Shown: positions 1-8,532 of the stretch, piece after piece
How the letters are laid out: every line of letters starts with the position of its first letter
How positions within the stretch are numbered: the first letter of the stretch is position 1
From: Rhodocyclaceae bacterium
Lineage (GTDB): Bacteria; Pseudomonadota; Gammaproteobacteria; Burkholderiales; Rhodocyclaceae
NCBI GenBank assembly: GCA_017444505.1
Contig: JAFSWK010000058.1
Span: 1-39,962, forward strand
Reading direction: 5' to 3'
DNA length: 39,962 nt
Program-made: the position numbers and the translations under genes
The notes under the pieces: generated by a model
Seen by the model: only the letters and a program-made list of their open reading frames with translations
What the model was told of the DNA's origin: nothing
Databases searched by the model: none

Positions 1-105
1 CAATGTCCGGACGGTATTGCGGATGCGATAGATTTTCTTGTGGAAAATCAGTCGACTGCGGGGGGCGTTGTTGGCGAGGTGGACGGCGCGGTCATCTGAG
101 GGCAT
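1..105 (-). CDS. Possible 5' end of an unidentified gene running off the left edge (MPSDDRAVHLANNAPRSRLIFHKKIYRIRNTVRTL...)
   Basis: The ATG (cat at 103-105) is the first start after the in-frame nif3 stop. The frame stays open to position 1 and third codon positions are mostly G/C. There is no Shine-Dalgarno sequence and I recognise no family. Confidence 0.2.
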   Translation of the reverse strand, partial: MPSDDRAVHLANNAPRSRLIFHKKIYRIRNTVRTL

Positions 106-126
106 GGAAAGGGCGAAGCGGGCGGG

Positions 127-894
127 TTAGACGGGGTTGTCGACATCCAGAAATTCCACGGCGATGCCGTAGTGCTGGCGGAGGTGTTCGCCCAGGGCGC
201 GGATGCCGTCGCGTTCGGTGGCGTGGTGGCCGCAGGCGAGGAAGGCCACGCCCGATTCGCGGGCAAGATGGGTGCAGGGTTCGGAAATTTCGCCGGTGAT
301 GAAGGCGTCCGCACCGGCGTCGATGGCGGCTTCAAACCAGCCTTGCGCGCCGCCGCTGCACCAGGCCAGCGTGCGGATGGTGCGCGCTTCGTCGCCAATG
401 ACCAGCGGTTCGCGCCCGTAGCTTTGCGCCAGTTGGTGCGCCAGCGCGTCCAGACGGATGGGCGCGGGCGCTTCCCCCAGCCAGCCGAGGTCTTCGTCTC
501 CAAAATGCCCACGGGGCTGCCAGCCGAAACGCTGCGCGATTTGCGCGTTGTTGCCGCATTCGGGGTGGGCGTCCAGCGGCAGGTGATAGGCCAGCAGGCT
601 GATGTCGTTGCGAATCAGCGTGCCGAGGCGACGGCGGCGAAGGCCGGTGATGCGCGGGCTTTCGTTGCGCCAGAAATAGCCGTGATGCACCAGCACGGCG
701 TCAAAATTGTGCGCCACGGCATAATCCAGCAAGGCTTGGCAGGCGGTCACGCCGGTGAGCAGGCGGGTGACGTGGGGTCTGCCTTCCACTTGCAGGCCGT
801 TTGGGCAATAATCCTTAAAGCGGGCGGCTTCCAGATAGGTGTCCAGATGGTCGACGAGTTCGGTCAGCGCGATGGTGGGGGCGTTTCCGGTCAT
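127..894 (-). CDS. Nif3-family dinuclear metal centre protein (GTP cyclohydrolase I type 2 homolog, YbgI-like), 255 aa
   Basis: The C-terminal 255 aa of track ORF 127..2220 reads MTGNAPTIALTELVDHLD...CPNGLQVEG...VLVHHG...GHHATE, typical of Nif3/YbgI. The start codon was verified as cat at 892-894. The upstream 440 aa of the track ORF is R/A-rich and lies antisense to the protease gene. Confidence 0.85.
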   Translation of the reverse strand: MTGNAPTIALTELVDHLDTYLEAARFKDYCPNGLQVEGRPHVTRLLTGVTACQALLDYAVAHNFDAVLVHHGYFWRNESPRITGLRRRRLGTLIRNDISLLAYHLPLDAHPECGNNAQIAQRFGWQPRGHFGDEDLGWLGEAPAPIRLDALAHQLAQSYGREPLVIGDEARTIRTLAWCSGGAQGWFEAAIDAGADAFITGEISEPCTHLARESGVAFLACGHHATERDGIRALGEHLRQHYGIAVEFLDVDNPV

Positions 895-918
895 GATGGT
901 TTGCGTGCGGGAAAGTGA

Positions 919-2106
919 ATGAAACAGATTTGGCTCATTTTTGCACAGGCGGTGACGATTGTCGTCGCTGCCGTGTTTGCGGTCTCGGCGCTGAAGCCGC
1001 AGTGGCTGGGCGGCACGGTGGTGCGCGTGGCGCAGGAAGTGGTGCATCCGGCGGGCACGGGCGGCGGCAATACGCTGTCGTATGCCACGGCGGCGCAGCG
1101 GGCGCTGCCGGCGGTGGTGAGCATTGTGGTGACGCTCTCGCCCGAGGCGGTGCGCGAGCGCACGCCCAACCCGCTGCTGGAAGACCCGTTTTTGCGCCGT
1201 TTTTTTGAAGGGCTGCCCGATGCGGATACGCTGCCGCCCGAAGAGGAAGGAGAGGCCGATAGCGGCTTTGGTTCGGGCGTGATTGTGTCGGAAGATGGCT
1301 ATGTGCTGACCAACAACCACGTCATCGAAAACGGCGACGGCATCGAAGTGGGGCTGAACGACGGGCGCAGCTTTCCGGCGCGGCTGGTGGGTGCTGACCC
1401 GGAATCGGATGTGGCCGTGCTGAAAATCGACACGCGCGAGGCGTTGCCCGCGATGACCTTTGCGGGCAACGAAAGCCTGCGCATTGGCGACGTGGTGCTG
1501 GCCATCGGCAACCCTTTCGGCGTCGGCCAGACGGTGACGATGGGCATCGTCTCGGCACTGGGGCGCAGCGAGCTGGGGCTGAGTACGTTCGAGAACTACA
1601 TTCAGACCGATGCGGCCATCAATCCGGGCAATTCCGGCGGCGCGCTGGTCGATGGCGACGGCAATCTGGTCGGCATCAACACGGCGATTTTTTCGCGCAG
1701 CGGCGGCTCGCTGGGCATTGGCTTTGCCATTCCGGTGTCGCTGGTGCGGCATGTGATGGATGAAATCATCGCCCACGGCAGTGTTACACGCGGCTGGGTG
1801 GGCGTGGAAATTCAGGAATTGACGCCGGAGCTGGCCGAATCCTTCCGCGTGCAGGACAGGGAAGCGAAAACGCTGATTGCCGGTGTGCTGGCCGAAGGGC
1901 CGGCCTACAAGGCGGGCGTGGAACCGGGCGACATTCTGCTGTCCATCGACGGTCAGCCGATTGGCAGCCCGAAAGACATGCAAACCCGCGTGGCGGCCAT
2001 TCGCCCCGGCGATTCGGCAAAATTCACGTTTTTGCGCGACGGTCGCGAAGTGGCGATGAACATCGAAATCGCCCGCCGTCCGCTGCCCAAGGACATGCGC
2101 CGCTGA
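919..2106 (+). CDS. Periplasmic trypsin-like serine endoprotease with one PDZ domain (DegS/AlgW-like)
   Basis: It has an N-terminal membrane anchor (IWLIFAQAVTIVVAAVFAV). The catalytic triad contexts are LTNNHVI, SDVAVLKI and GNSGGAL. A single C-terminal PDZ-like segment is present (GVLAEGPAYKAGVEPGDILLSIDG). Confidence 0.85.
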   Translation: MKQIWLIFAQAVTIVVAAVFAVSALKPQWLGGTVVRVAQEVVHPAGTGGGNTLSYATAAQRALPAVVSIVVTLSPEAVRERTPNPLLEDPFLRRFFEGLPDADTLPPEEEGEADSGFGSGVIVSEDGYVLTNNHVIENGDGIEVGLNDGRSFPARLVGADPESDVAVLKIDTREALPAMTFAGNESLRIGDVVLAIGNPFGVGQTVTMGIVSALGRSELGLSTFENYIQTDAAINPGNSGGALVDGDGNLVGINTAIFSRSGGSLGIGFAIPVSLVRHVMDEIIAHGSVTRGWVGVEIQELTPELAESFRVQDREAKTLIAGVLAEGPAYKAGVEPGDILLSIDGQPIGSPKDMQTRVAAIRPGDSAKFTFLRDGREVAMNIEIARRPLPKDMRR

Positions 2107-2349
2107 TGTGCGCGCGCCGCTGCGGGCGGGGTTTCGGGCGGCAGCGGCGTGCAAGAGTCCCTCTGCTGCCTGTGGCGCGTGCAACACCCGTCGTAGCGCT
2201 CGTTTGCGCAGTTTCCACACTTGGCGGCGGTGCTGGCGTATACTTACCGCGCGTGCGCGAAAATTGTGCGACCGTCATCGCCGCGCTGCCGACAGGCTGA
2301 AAGGCAGCGCCAGTTTGCAGCATCTGACCCGTATCCCTGGAGAAGACGC

Positions 2350-3156
2350 ATGAATCAAGATGTGTGTGTAGCCGCCATTCAGATGGTTTCCAGCATGCAA
2401 GTGCAGGCCAATTGCGCCTGCGCGGAACAACTGGTGGCCAAGGCGGCGCAGGCGGGGGCGCAGATTGTGGCGTTGCCGGAGTATTTTCCGCTGATCGGGA
2501 TGCGCGAAGATGGCGCGCTGCAATATGCCGAAGCCGATGGCGAGGGGCCGTTGCAGGATTTTTTGCGTCAATTGGCCATTCGTCACCGCATCTGGCTGGC
2601 GGGCGGCACGGTGCCGTTGCGTGGTGATTCGTCTGGCAAGGTGCGCAACAGTTTGCTGGTGTTTAACCCGCAGGGCGAGCGTGTGCTGCGTTACGACAAG
2701 GTGCATCTGTTCAGCCTGGAACGCGGCAGCGAACGCTATGATGAATCGGCGGTGATGGAGCCGGGGCGCGATGTGTGTTCGTTTATGACGCCGTTTGGGC
2801 ACGTGGGCGTGGCGCTGTGTTATGACCTGCGTTTCCCCGAGCTGTTCCGCAAGTTTGCCGGCGTGGACATGATTGTTCTGCCGGCGGCGTTCACCTATGG
2901 CACCGGGCAGGCGCACTGGGAAGTCTTGCTGCGCGCGCGCGCCATCGAAAACCAGTGCTACCTCATCGCCAGCGCGCAGGGCGGGCGGCACGAAAGCGGG
3001 CGCAACACCTGGGGGCAAAGCATGATTGTCGACCCCTGGGGCGAAATTCTCGCGCAGCAGGCGCAGGGCGAGGGTGTGGTGATGGCCAAATGCTCTGTGC
3101 GGCGTTTGCAGCAGGTGCGCGCCATGCTGCCCGCGCTCAACCATCGGGTACTGTAA
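2350..3156 (+). CDS. Carbon-nitrogen hydrolase (nitrilase superfamily, Nit/YbeM-like amidase)
   Basis: The Glu-Lys-Cys triad contexts are ALPEYF, YDKVHLF and [10 protein letters not shown]. The start was moved to the ATG at 2350 ([12 protein letters not shown]), because the track extension from 2221 is R-rich. Confidence 0.8.
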   Translation: MNQDVCVAAIQMVSSMQVQANCACAEQLVAKAAQAGAQIVALPEYFPLIGMREDGALQYAEADGEGPLQDFLRQLAIRHRIWLAGGTVPLRGDSSGKVRNSLLVFNPQGERVLRYDKVHLFSLERGSERYDESAVMEPGRDVCSFMTPFGHVGVALCYDLRFPELFRKFAGVDMIVLPAAFTYGTGQAHWEVLLRARAIENQCYLIASAQGGRHESGRNTWGQSMIVDPWGEILAQQAQGEGVVMAKCSVRRLQQVRAMLPALNHRVL

Positions 3157-3243
3157 AAAACGCCCCCGCAGAAGGCGACAGGAAACGGACAGGAAACGCG
3201 CGCTTTTCTCTTTTGACCCCGCTGTTGTATTGACCCCTTCACC

Positions 3244-4698
3244 ATGAATGCCCCCGCTACCGTTGCGGACGCGCTCACCATTGCCCGTCCGGTTTTGCTG
3301 ACTGCGCACGGACTGGATGATGCCGCGCTGGAGCAAACTTTCGCCCGCCTGACGGCGCACCGCCTCGATTACGCCGACCTCTATTTCCAGTACGCCGTGT
3401 ATGAAGGCTGGAGCCTGGAAGAAGGCATTGTGAAATCCGGCAGTTTCAGCATCGACCAAGGCGTGGGCGTGCGCGCCGTCTGTGGCGAAAAAACCGCCTT
3501 TGCCTACTCGGATGACATCAGCGCCGCCGCATTGCGTTCGGCGGCGGATACCACGCGGGCGATTGCTGGCGCGGGCGGTGAAGGCCGCGTTTGCGCCGCG
3601 CGTCCGTGCGCGGTGCCGGCGTTGTATACCGCCGAGAACCCGCTGCATCAGATGGACGCCACCGACAAGGTGCGCCTGCTGCACCGGCTGGAACAATTCG
3701 CCCGCGCCGAGGATGCGCGCGTGCTGGAAGTCATGGCCGGTCTTTCCTTGTCCTGGAATGTCGTGCTGATTGCGCGTCACGATGGGTACATGGCCGCAGA
3801 CGTGCGCCCGCTGGTGCGCGTATCCCTCACCGTCATTCTTACCGAAGGCGGGCGGCGCGAACAAGGTCACGCCGGCGGCGGCGGACGCTTTGCGCTGCAC
3901 CGTCTGGATGACGAATTGCTGCGCCAGCTGGCGCGCGAAGCGGTGCATCAGGCGCGCACCAATCTGGCTGCCGCGCCCGCACCGGCGGGGGAAATGACGG
4001 TGGTGCTCGGCCCGGGCTGGCCGGGCATTTTGCTGCACGAGGCCATCGGTCACGGGCTGGAAGGCGATTTCAACCGCCGTGGCACCTCGGCCTTTTCCGG
4101 GCGCATTGGTGAGCGCGTCGCCGCCGAGGGCGTCACCGTCGTCGATGACGGCACCTTGCCGGAGCGCCGTGGTTCGCTGAGCATGGATGACGAAGGCACG
4201 CCCACGCAGTGCACCATGCTGATTGAAAACGGCATTCTGGTCGGTTATCTGCAAGACGCGCTGAACGCGCGGCTGATGGGCACGGCGAGTACCGGCAACG
4301 GGCGGCGCGAATCGTTTGCGCATCTGCCCTATCCGCGCATGACCAATACCTACATGCTGGGCGGCAGTCATGCGCCGGAAGAAATCATCGGCTCGGTGCA
4401 AAAAGGGCTGTACGCGGCCAATTTCGGTGGCGGGCAGGTGGATATTACCTCGGGCAAGTTTGTCTTTTCTGCGTCCGAGGCGTATTTGATTGAAAACGGC
4501 AAAATCACCCATCCGGTCAAAGGCGCGACCCTGATTGGCAATGGCCCGGACGTGCTGACCCGCGTGCGCATGATTGGCAACGACATGGCGCTCGACCCCG
4601 GCATCGGCACCTGCGGCAAACAGGGGCAAAGCGTGCCGGTGGGCGTCGGCCAGCCGACCTTGCGCATCGACGGCCTGACGGTGGGCGGTACGGATTGA
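3244..4698 (+). CDS. tldD: Metalloprotease TldD
   Basis: The full-length 484 aa protein carries HEAIGHGLEGDFN and the C-terminal GTCGKQGQSVPVGVGQPTLRI motif typical of TldD/PmbA. Confidence 0.9.
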   Translation: MNAPATVADALTIARPVLLTAHGLDDAALEQTFARLTAHRLDYADLYFQYAVYEGWSLEEGIVKSGSFSIDQGVGVRAVCGEKTAFAYSDDISAAALRSAADTTRAIAGAGGEGRVCAARPCAVPALYTAENPLHQMDATDKVRLLHRLEQFARAEDARVLEVMAGLSLSWNVVLIARHDGYMAADVRPLVRVSLTVILTEGGRREQGHAGGGGRFALHRLDDELLRQLAREAVHQARTNLAAAPAPAGEMTVVLGPGWPGILLHEAIGHGLEGDFNRRGTSAFSGRIGERVAAEGVTVVDDGTLPERRGSLSMDDEGTPTQCTMLIENGILVGYLQDALNARLMGTASTGNGRRESFAHLPYPRMTNTYMLGGSHAPEEIIGSVQKGLYAANFGGGQVDITSGKFVFSASEAYLIENGKITHPVKGATLIGNGPDVLTRVRMIGNDMALDPGIGTCGKQGQSVPVGVGQPTLRIDGLTVGGTD

Positions 4699-4734
4699 GC
4701 GCGCCCGCGCGCGCGTTTGCAAGGAGACCCTGCG

Positions 4735-5262
4735 ATGAAAGCATCCGGCGCGTTGCGCGAGGAAATTTGCTATCCCTTCCTCTACGAGACTTCCTGGCTG
4801 TGCGATTACGAGGTTGCCACCGACGAGCTGTGCGGCCTGATTGGCGCAGCGCTGTCATTGCTGCCGCCCGAGATGGCGGACATCGCCGCCGACCTTGACC
4901 GCCTGCAACCGCTGGCCTTTCACCTCAACGGTTCGCTGCGCGGGCGGCTGGCGGTGGAGGAGGCCGATGTGGACTGGCTGCGCGCACGGCTGGAACAGTA
5001 TCGGGACGAGGTGCGCGATGGCCACGCCGGTTTCATCCTGCCGCGCGGCGAAATGCCCGTGCCGTACCTGTATCAAGGCACTTCGGCGGCGAAACGCGCC
5101 GTGCGCCTGATGGTGCGCATTGAGCAGGAAGGGCGGGAAATTCCGGACGTGTTGCCCCGCTTGTGCAATCTGATGGGCAATTTTTTCTTTGTGCTGGCGC
5201 GCGTCATCAACCGGCGGCGCGGCGTGGCGGAAATTCCCTTCGTCAGCAAAAGCTACGGCTGA
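4735..5262 (+). CDS. PduO-type cob(I)alamin adenosyltransferase-like protein (Cob_adeno_trans fold), atypical N-terminus
   Basis: PduO-type helical-bundle features are present: VATDELCGLIG, LQPLAFHLNGSL, FILPRG and a C-terminal LCNLMGNFFFVLARVINRR. The ATG at 4735 follows AAGGAGA (4721-4727). Confidence 0.55.
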   Translation: MKASGALREEICYPFLYETSWLCDYEVATDELCGLIGAALSLLPPEMADIAADLDRLQPLAFHLNGSLRGRLAVEEADVDWLRARLEQYRDEVRDGHAGFILPRGEMPVPYLYQGTSAAKRAVRLMVRIEQEGREIPDVLPRLCNLMGNFFFVLARVINRRRGVAEIPFVSKSYG

Positions 5263-5963
5263 GGCGGCCACGGCGGCGGGGCGCGCCAGTGCATCCGCCC
5301 GCTGGCAAGGTCGTATTCGGCCAGCGTACTCAATGCGCCGCCAATCTTTGCGGCTTCATAACGCAGCAATTTCAGCCGCCGCACGGTGAGCGCCAGCGGC
5401 GGCGCATCGTTCAGGCAGGCAAAGCGTTCGGCCACTTGCGCGCACGGCCAGGCGTCGGCATAGAGGCCGACGGTGACGTGCGGCACATAGGCGCCTTGCG
5501 GGTGCTGCGGGTTGTCCGTGTGCGTGTGCAGGCAGCGGTGCAGTGCGGCGAGCGTTTGAGCCTCGTCGCGCACGGTAAGGAACGGGGCGGCGGCGAAACT
5601 TTCCAGCGCGCCGATTTCGATGCGGAAAGCGCCCGGATTGCGCGCGCGTAGCGCGGCAAGCTGGGCGGCGATGTCTTGCGCGTCAAATTCATCGGGCGCG
5701 CCCGGCTGCGTTTGCGCCGGAAAACCGCACACCGCCAGCGTGATGTGCGGCTGGCGGCGGTAATTTTTCAGCAGCAAACCCGCCAGCGCACGGCGGGCGG
5801 TGCGCACACGCGCGCGCACTTCGGGGGTGTTCGCGTCAATGCCCCACAGTGCGTACTGCGCGCGCCCCTGCCGCCATTCGGGAAAATCGCGGCATTCATT
5901 GCGCAGCGTGTGGCCAGCGGCAAGAAACTGCTGGCGAAGACGGGCGGCAGACGGCAGGTTCAT
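5253..5963 (-). CDS. 2H phosphoesterase superfamily protein (2'-5' RNA ligase / cyclic phosphodiesterase-like), 236 aa
   Basis: Two HxT motifs sit about 85 aa apart (QPHITLAVCGF and VPHVTVGLYAD). The start was verified as cat at 5961-5963 (MNLPSAARL). The 5' part of track ORF 5253..6296 overlaps the upstream cyclase gene and was discarded. Confidence 0.6.
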   Translation of the reverse strand: MNLPSAARLRQQFLAAGHTLRNECRDFPEWRQGRAQYALWGIDANTPEVRARVRTARRALAGLLLKNYRRQPHITLAVCGFPAQTQPGAPDEFDAQDIAAQLAALRARNPGAFRIEIGALESFAAAPFLTVRDEAQTLAALHRCLHTHTDNPQHPQGAYVPHVTVGLYADAWPCAQVAERFACLNDAPPLALTVRRLKLLRYEAAKIGGALSTLAEYDLASGRMHWRAPPPWPPQP

Positions 5964-5983
5964 TGTGGCGCAGGGGGGCGCGC

Positions 5984-8416
5984 TCAGGCTTGTCCGGAGA
6001 TGGCCGGGCACAGACCGGAGACGGCTTGCGGCGCAGGCGCGCTTGCCGGGATTTCGGGACGGATGTGCACGCGGTTGCGCCCGGCGGTTTTGGCTTGATA
6101 GAGCTGGGCGTCGGCCTGCCGGATGAGGTCGTGGATGCTGGCCTGCTGTGCGTGGCCGGAAACCTCGCCCGAGACGATGCCGATGCTGGCGGTGACGCGC
6201 GCGTAGGGAGAGTGTTCGTGCGGAATGTTGAGCGCTTCGATGGCGGCACGAATGCGTTCGCCAAACAGGGCGGCTTGCTGATGCTCGCACTGGCACCAGA
6301 AGAGGATGAATTCTTCGCCGCCATAGCGGCCACAGAAATCGTAGGGACGCTGCCCGGCGTGGCGGTCAATGACCTTGCCGACGGTGGTGAGCACCGCATC
6401 GCCGGCGGCGTGGCCGTAGCGGTCGTTGTAGTGTTTGAACCAGTCGACGTCGAGCATGGCGATGGTGAGCCGGTGGGGCGCGGAGGCCAGCAGCGGGCGG
6501 ATGTTGGCAAGATAGTTTTCCAGCCCCTGACGGTTGGCCAGCCCGGTGAGCGCGTCTTGCTGGGCGAGGCTTTGGAGTTTTTCCTGCTTGAGGAAACTGT
6601 CCAGCCGCCGGTGGTCCTGAATGGCGCTCAGGGCTGCGCCCATGCAATTGACGAGGACAAACGAAATCAGCACGTGCGGCAGGTCGTCGGTGGGCAGGTA
6701 GATGGCGCGCGAACCGACATAGGTGAGCGTAATCGTCCAGTTGACCAGACTGGCCGCGCCCCAGTGCTGCGCGCCGACCATGTAGTTCAGGAAGATGATA
6801 ATCATCAGCAGTTCGTAAGGAATGTCGCCTTGGCGCTGGAAGGCAATCCAGGCGACATAGCAGACGATGATGCCGTAGGCGAGGGTAAACAGGGGCACCA
6901 GCCGCCAGGCGACGCGCAGCGCCCATTCATGGCGCGTCAGCTCCACGCCCAGACACAGCAGCGGGATGATGAAAAAGGCGTGGGCACCCGCCAGCAACAT
7001 GCCAGCGGGCGCAGAAGGCAACATGAGATTGGCGCTAATCAGCGTGAAATTGATAATCAGGGTGACCATCAACATGCTGAGCAGTTGCGGCTGCTCGATG
7101 AGGCCGCGCAGGCTGTCGAAGCGGGCGCGGTCTTCGCGGGTGACGGTGATTTCGCGCGGCGTGAGCGCGGCGATGTACGCGCCGGGTTCAAAGGGTTTGG
7201 CACCGGCAGGCGCTTCGCTGATTTTGCTGAGGCTGGGGTCGATTTCGTGCGTGCACACCAGATTGCGCCCGCTTTCCTTGGCCAGGTAGAGGGCGCGGTC
7301 AGCCTTGTCCAGCAGTTTGTGGCTGTCTTCGCCCGGCTCGGGCACGTGACGGGTGACGCCTACGCTGACGGTGACTTTGCCGTGGCTGCTCTTGGCGTGT
7401 TCAATTTCGGTGGCTTCGACGGCGCGGCGCAGCCCTTCGCCCAGCGTGCAGGCATCTTGCCGGGGGTTGAACCATACGGCGACAAACTCTTCGCCGCCAT
7501 AGCGGGCGACGTAGTCGGGCTTGGGCGTGGCCTGACGGGCGATGGTGCGCGCGACGGTGGCCAGCACGTTGTCGCCAGCGGCGTGGCCGTAGTGGTCGTT
7601 GTAGTGCTTGAAATGGTCGACATCAATCATCGCTATGGCCAGCGAGGCTTGTTCGCGCGTGGCCTGACGAATCAGGCGCGGCAGCAGGGCGCGCAAATCG
7701 CGGCGATTGGGCAGGCCGGTGAGCGGGTCGTGACGGCTTTGTTCCAGAAAGGTGTTGTTGATGAGAAAGTGATGGCGGGTGACGCGCTCCAGCGTGTGGC
7801 TGGAAAACAGGCTCGCCACCATGGCCAGCAGGATGTAGATGGTGTGCAGGCGGCACAAGGTGGCGTCGGCCTGCCAGAGCCATTCGGGCACGGCCAGCAG
7901 GATGGCAGCGAGCAAACACGGCCAGACGGCATAGCGCCACGGTATGCTGCCAATCAGCGGCGCAAAGAGGGTGAGCAGCAGCAAGAGCTGATAGGTGTGC
8001 AAAAAACCGTAATAGCCGGAAACCCACTGGCTGGAACTGAGTACGCAGACGCCCACCGTCATGCACAGCGTGGTGAGCATGGGCATCCGCGGGGTAAAGC
8101 GCGGCAAAAACGAGGCCGCCATCCAGCCCAGCCAGCAGAGGAAAAAGATTGGCACGCGGCTGATGATGGGCAGCGTGGGCGTGTGCGCGGGCAGATGGCG
8201 CAGGTCGGCCAGACAGAGGAAAAAGCTGGCGTACAGGGTGATGCCCAGCGCGTAGCGGGTCAGTTTGCGGTCGCGCTCGACGAGGTGAAGCAGGTACTGG
8301 TCTTCCAGCTCAGGATTTTTGAAACGCAAACTCCACCACGCCCCGGAGGCGGCAAGCCGGGAAGAACGGGCAGAAGGAAGGCGCCACTGCGTGGCGTCCG
8401 TGCTGGGGGTGTTCAT
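5984..8416 (-). CDS. Twin-module membrane diguanylate cyclase paralog A: 6 TM + GGDEF + 6 TM + GGDEF (810 aa)
   Basis: Two complete GGDEF domains are present. RYGGEEF is encoded at 7484-7498 and GRYGGEEF at 6308-6322. Each follows a DALTGL(P/A)NR box and DVDxFKxYNDxYGHAAGD. Each is also preceded by about six hydrophobic helices. The start was chosen at cat 8414-8416 (MNTPSTD..WSLRFKNPELED) by alignment with the paralogs. The track start at 8614 would overlap paralog B by 86 nt. Confidence 0.85.
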   Translation of the reverse strand: MNTPSTDATQWRLPSARSSRLAASGAWWSLRFKNPELEDQYLLHLVERDRKLTRYALGITLYASFFLCLADLRHLPAHTPTLPIISRVPIFFLCWLGWMAASFLPRFTPRMPMLTTLCMTVGVCVLSSSQWVSGYYGFLHTYQLLLLLTLFAPLIGSIPWRYAVWPCLLAAILLAVPEWLWQADATLCRLHTIYILLAMVASLFSSHTLERVTRHHFLINNTFLEQSRHDPLTGLPNRRDLRALLPRLIRQATREQASLAIAMIDVDHFKHYNDHYGHAAGDNVLATVARTIARQATPKPDYVARYGGEEFVAVWFNPRQDACTLGEGLRRAVEATEIEHAKSSHGKVTVSVGVTRHVPEPGEDSHKLLDKADRALYLAKESGRNLVCTHEIDPSLSKISEAPAGAKPFEPGAYIAALTPREITVTREDRARFDSLRGLIEQPQLLSMLMVTLIINFTLISANLMLPSAPAGMLLAGAHAFFIIPLLCLGVELTRHEWALRVAWRLVPLFTLAYGIIVCYVAWIAFQRQGDIPYELLMIIIFLNYMVGAQHWGAASLVNWTITLTYVGSRAIYLPTDDLPHVLISFVLVNCMGAALSAIQDHRRLDSFLKQEKLQSLAQQDALTGLANRQGLENYLANIRPLLASAPHRLTIAMLDVDWFKHYNDRYGHAAGDAVLTTVGKVIDRHAGQRPYDFCGRYGGEEFILFWCQCEHQQAALFGERIRAAIEALNIPHEHSPYARVTASIGIVSGEVSGHAQQASIHDLIRQADAQLYQAKTAGRNRVHIRPEIPASAPAPQAVSGLCPAISGQA

Positions 8417-8422
8417 TGCGCG

Positions 8423-8464
8423 ATGGTTGGGGAAAGGGCTGCCAGAGCGAAATGGTTGGGGAAA
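8423..8464. repeat. Exact 13-nt direct repeat ATGGTTGGGGAAA x2 (8423-8435 and 8452-8464) in the leader of paralog A
   Basis: Read directly from the sequence. The copies are 29 nt apart start to start. On the coding (minus) strand the repeat reads TTTCCCCAACCAT, and the proximal copy ends 6 nt before the ATG. Confidence 0.8.
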
Positions 8465-8501
8465 AACGGCACGGCAGGCTCGCGTAGACGAACCGTGTGA
8501 G

Positions 8502-8532
8502 ATTGTATCAGGGGGGGATGGAAGGCGGTCAA
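8502..8532 (-). promoter_or_regulatory. Candidate sigma70-type promoter for paralog A (-35 TTGACC, 19-nt spacer, -10 TACAAT on the minus strand)
   Basis: The reverse complement of 8527-8532 is TTGACC, which overlaps the stop codon of paralog B. The reverse complement of 8502-8507 is TACAAT. The spacer is long. This is a motif match only. Confidence 0.25.

Noticed and set aside
2116-2148. A hairpin (GCCGCTGC...GCAGCGGC) just after the protease gene, considered as a terminator
   Set aside because: No U-tract follows the stem and the loop is 17 nt. It may be a structural or REP-like element, but it is not a supportable intrinsic terminator call.
895-2220. 5' extensions of track ORFs, for example 127-2220, 18856-21027, 35626-37878, 25110-27848, 5253-6296 and 15901-16824
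   Set aside because: The recognisable protein begins at an internal Met in each case, and I verified the codon positions. The extensions overlap neighbouring real genes on the other strand or in another frame and are compositionally odd.
5849-8500. An 883 aa plus-strand ORF, and similar long ORFs at 9810-11360, 11364-13526 and 8319-9341, lying opposite the cyclase genes
   Set aside because: They are antisense to genes with unmistakable GGDEF domain content. Their translations are low-complexity and rich in G, A, R and V, with no recognisable motifs. These are typical shadow ORFs of high-GC DNA.
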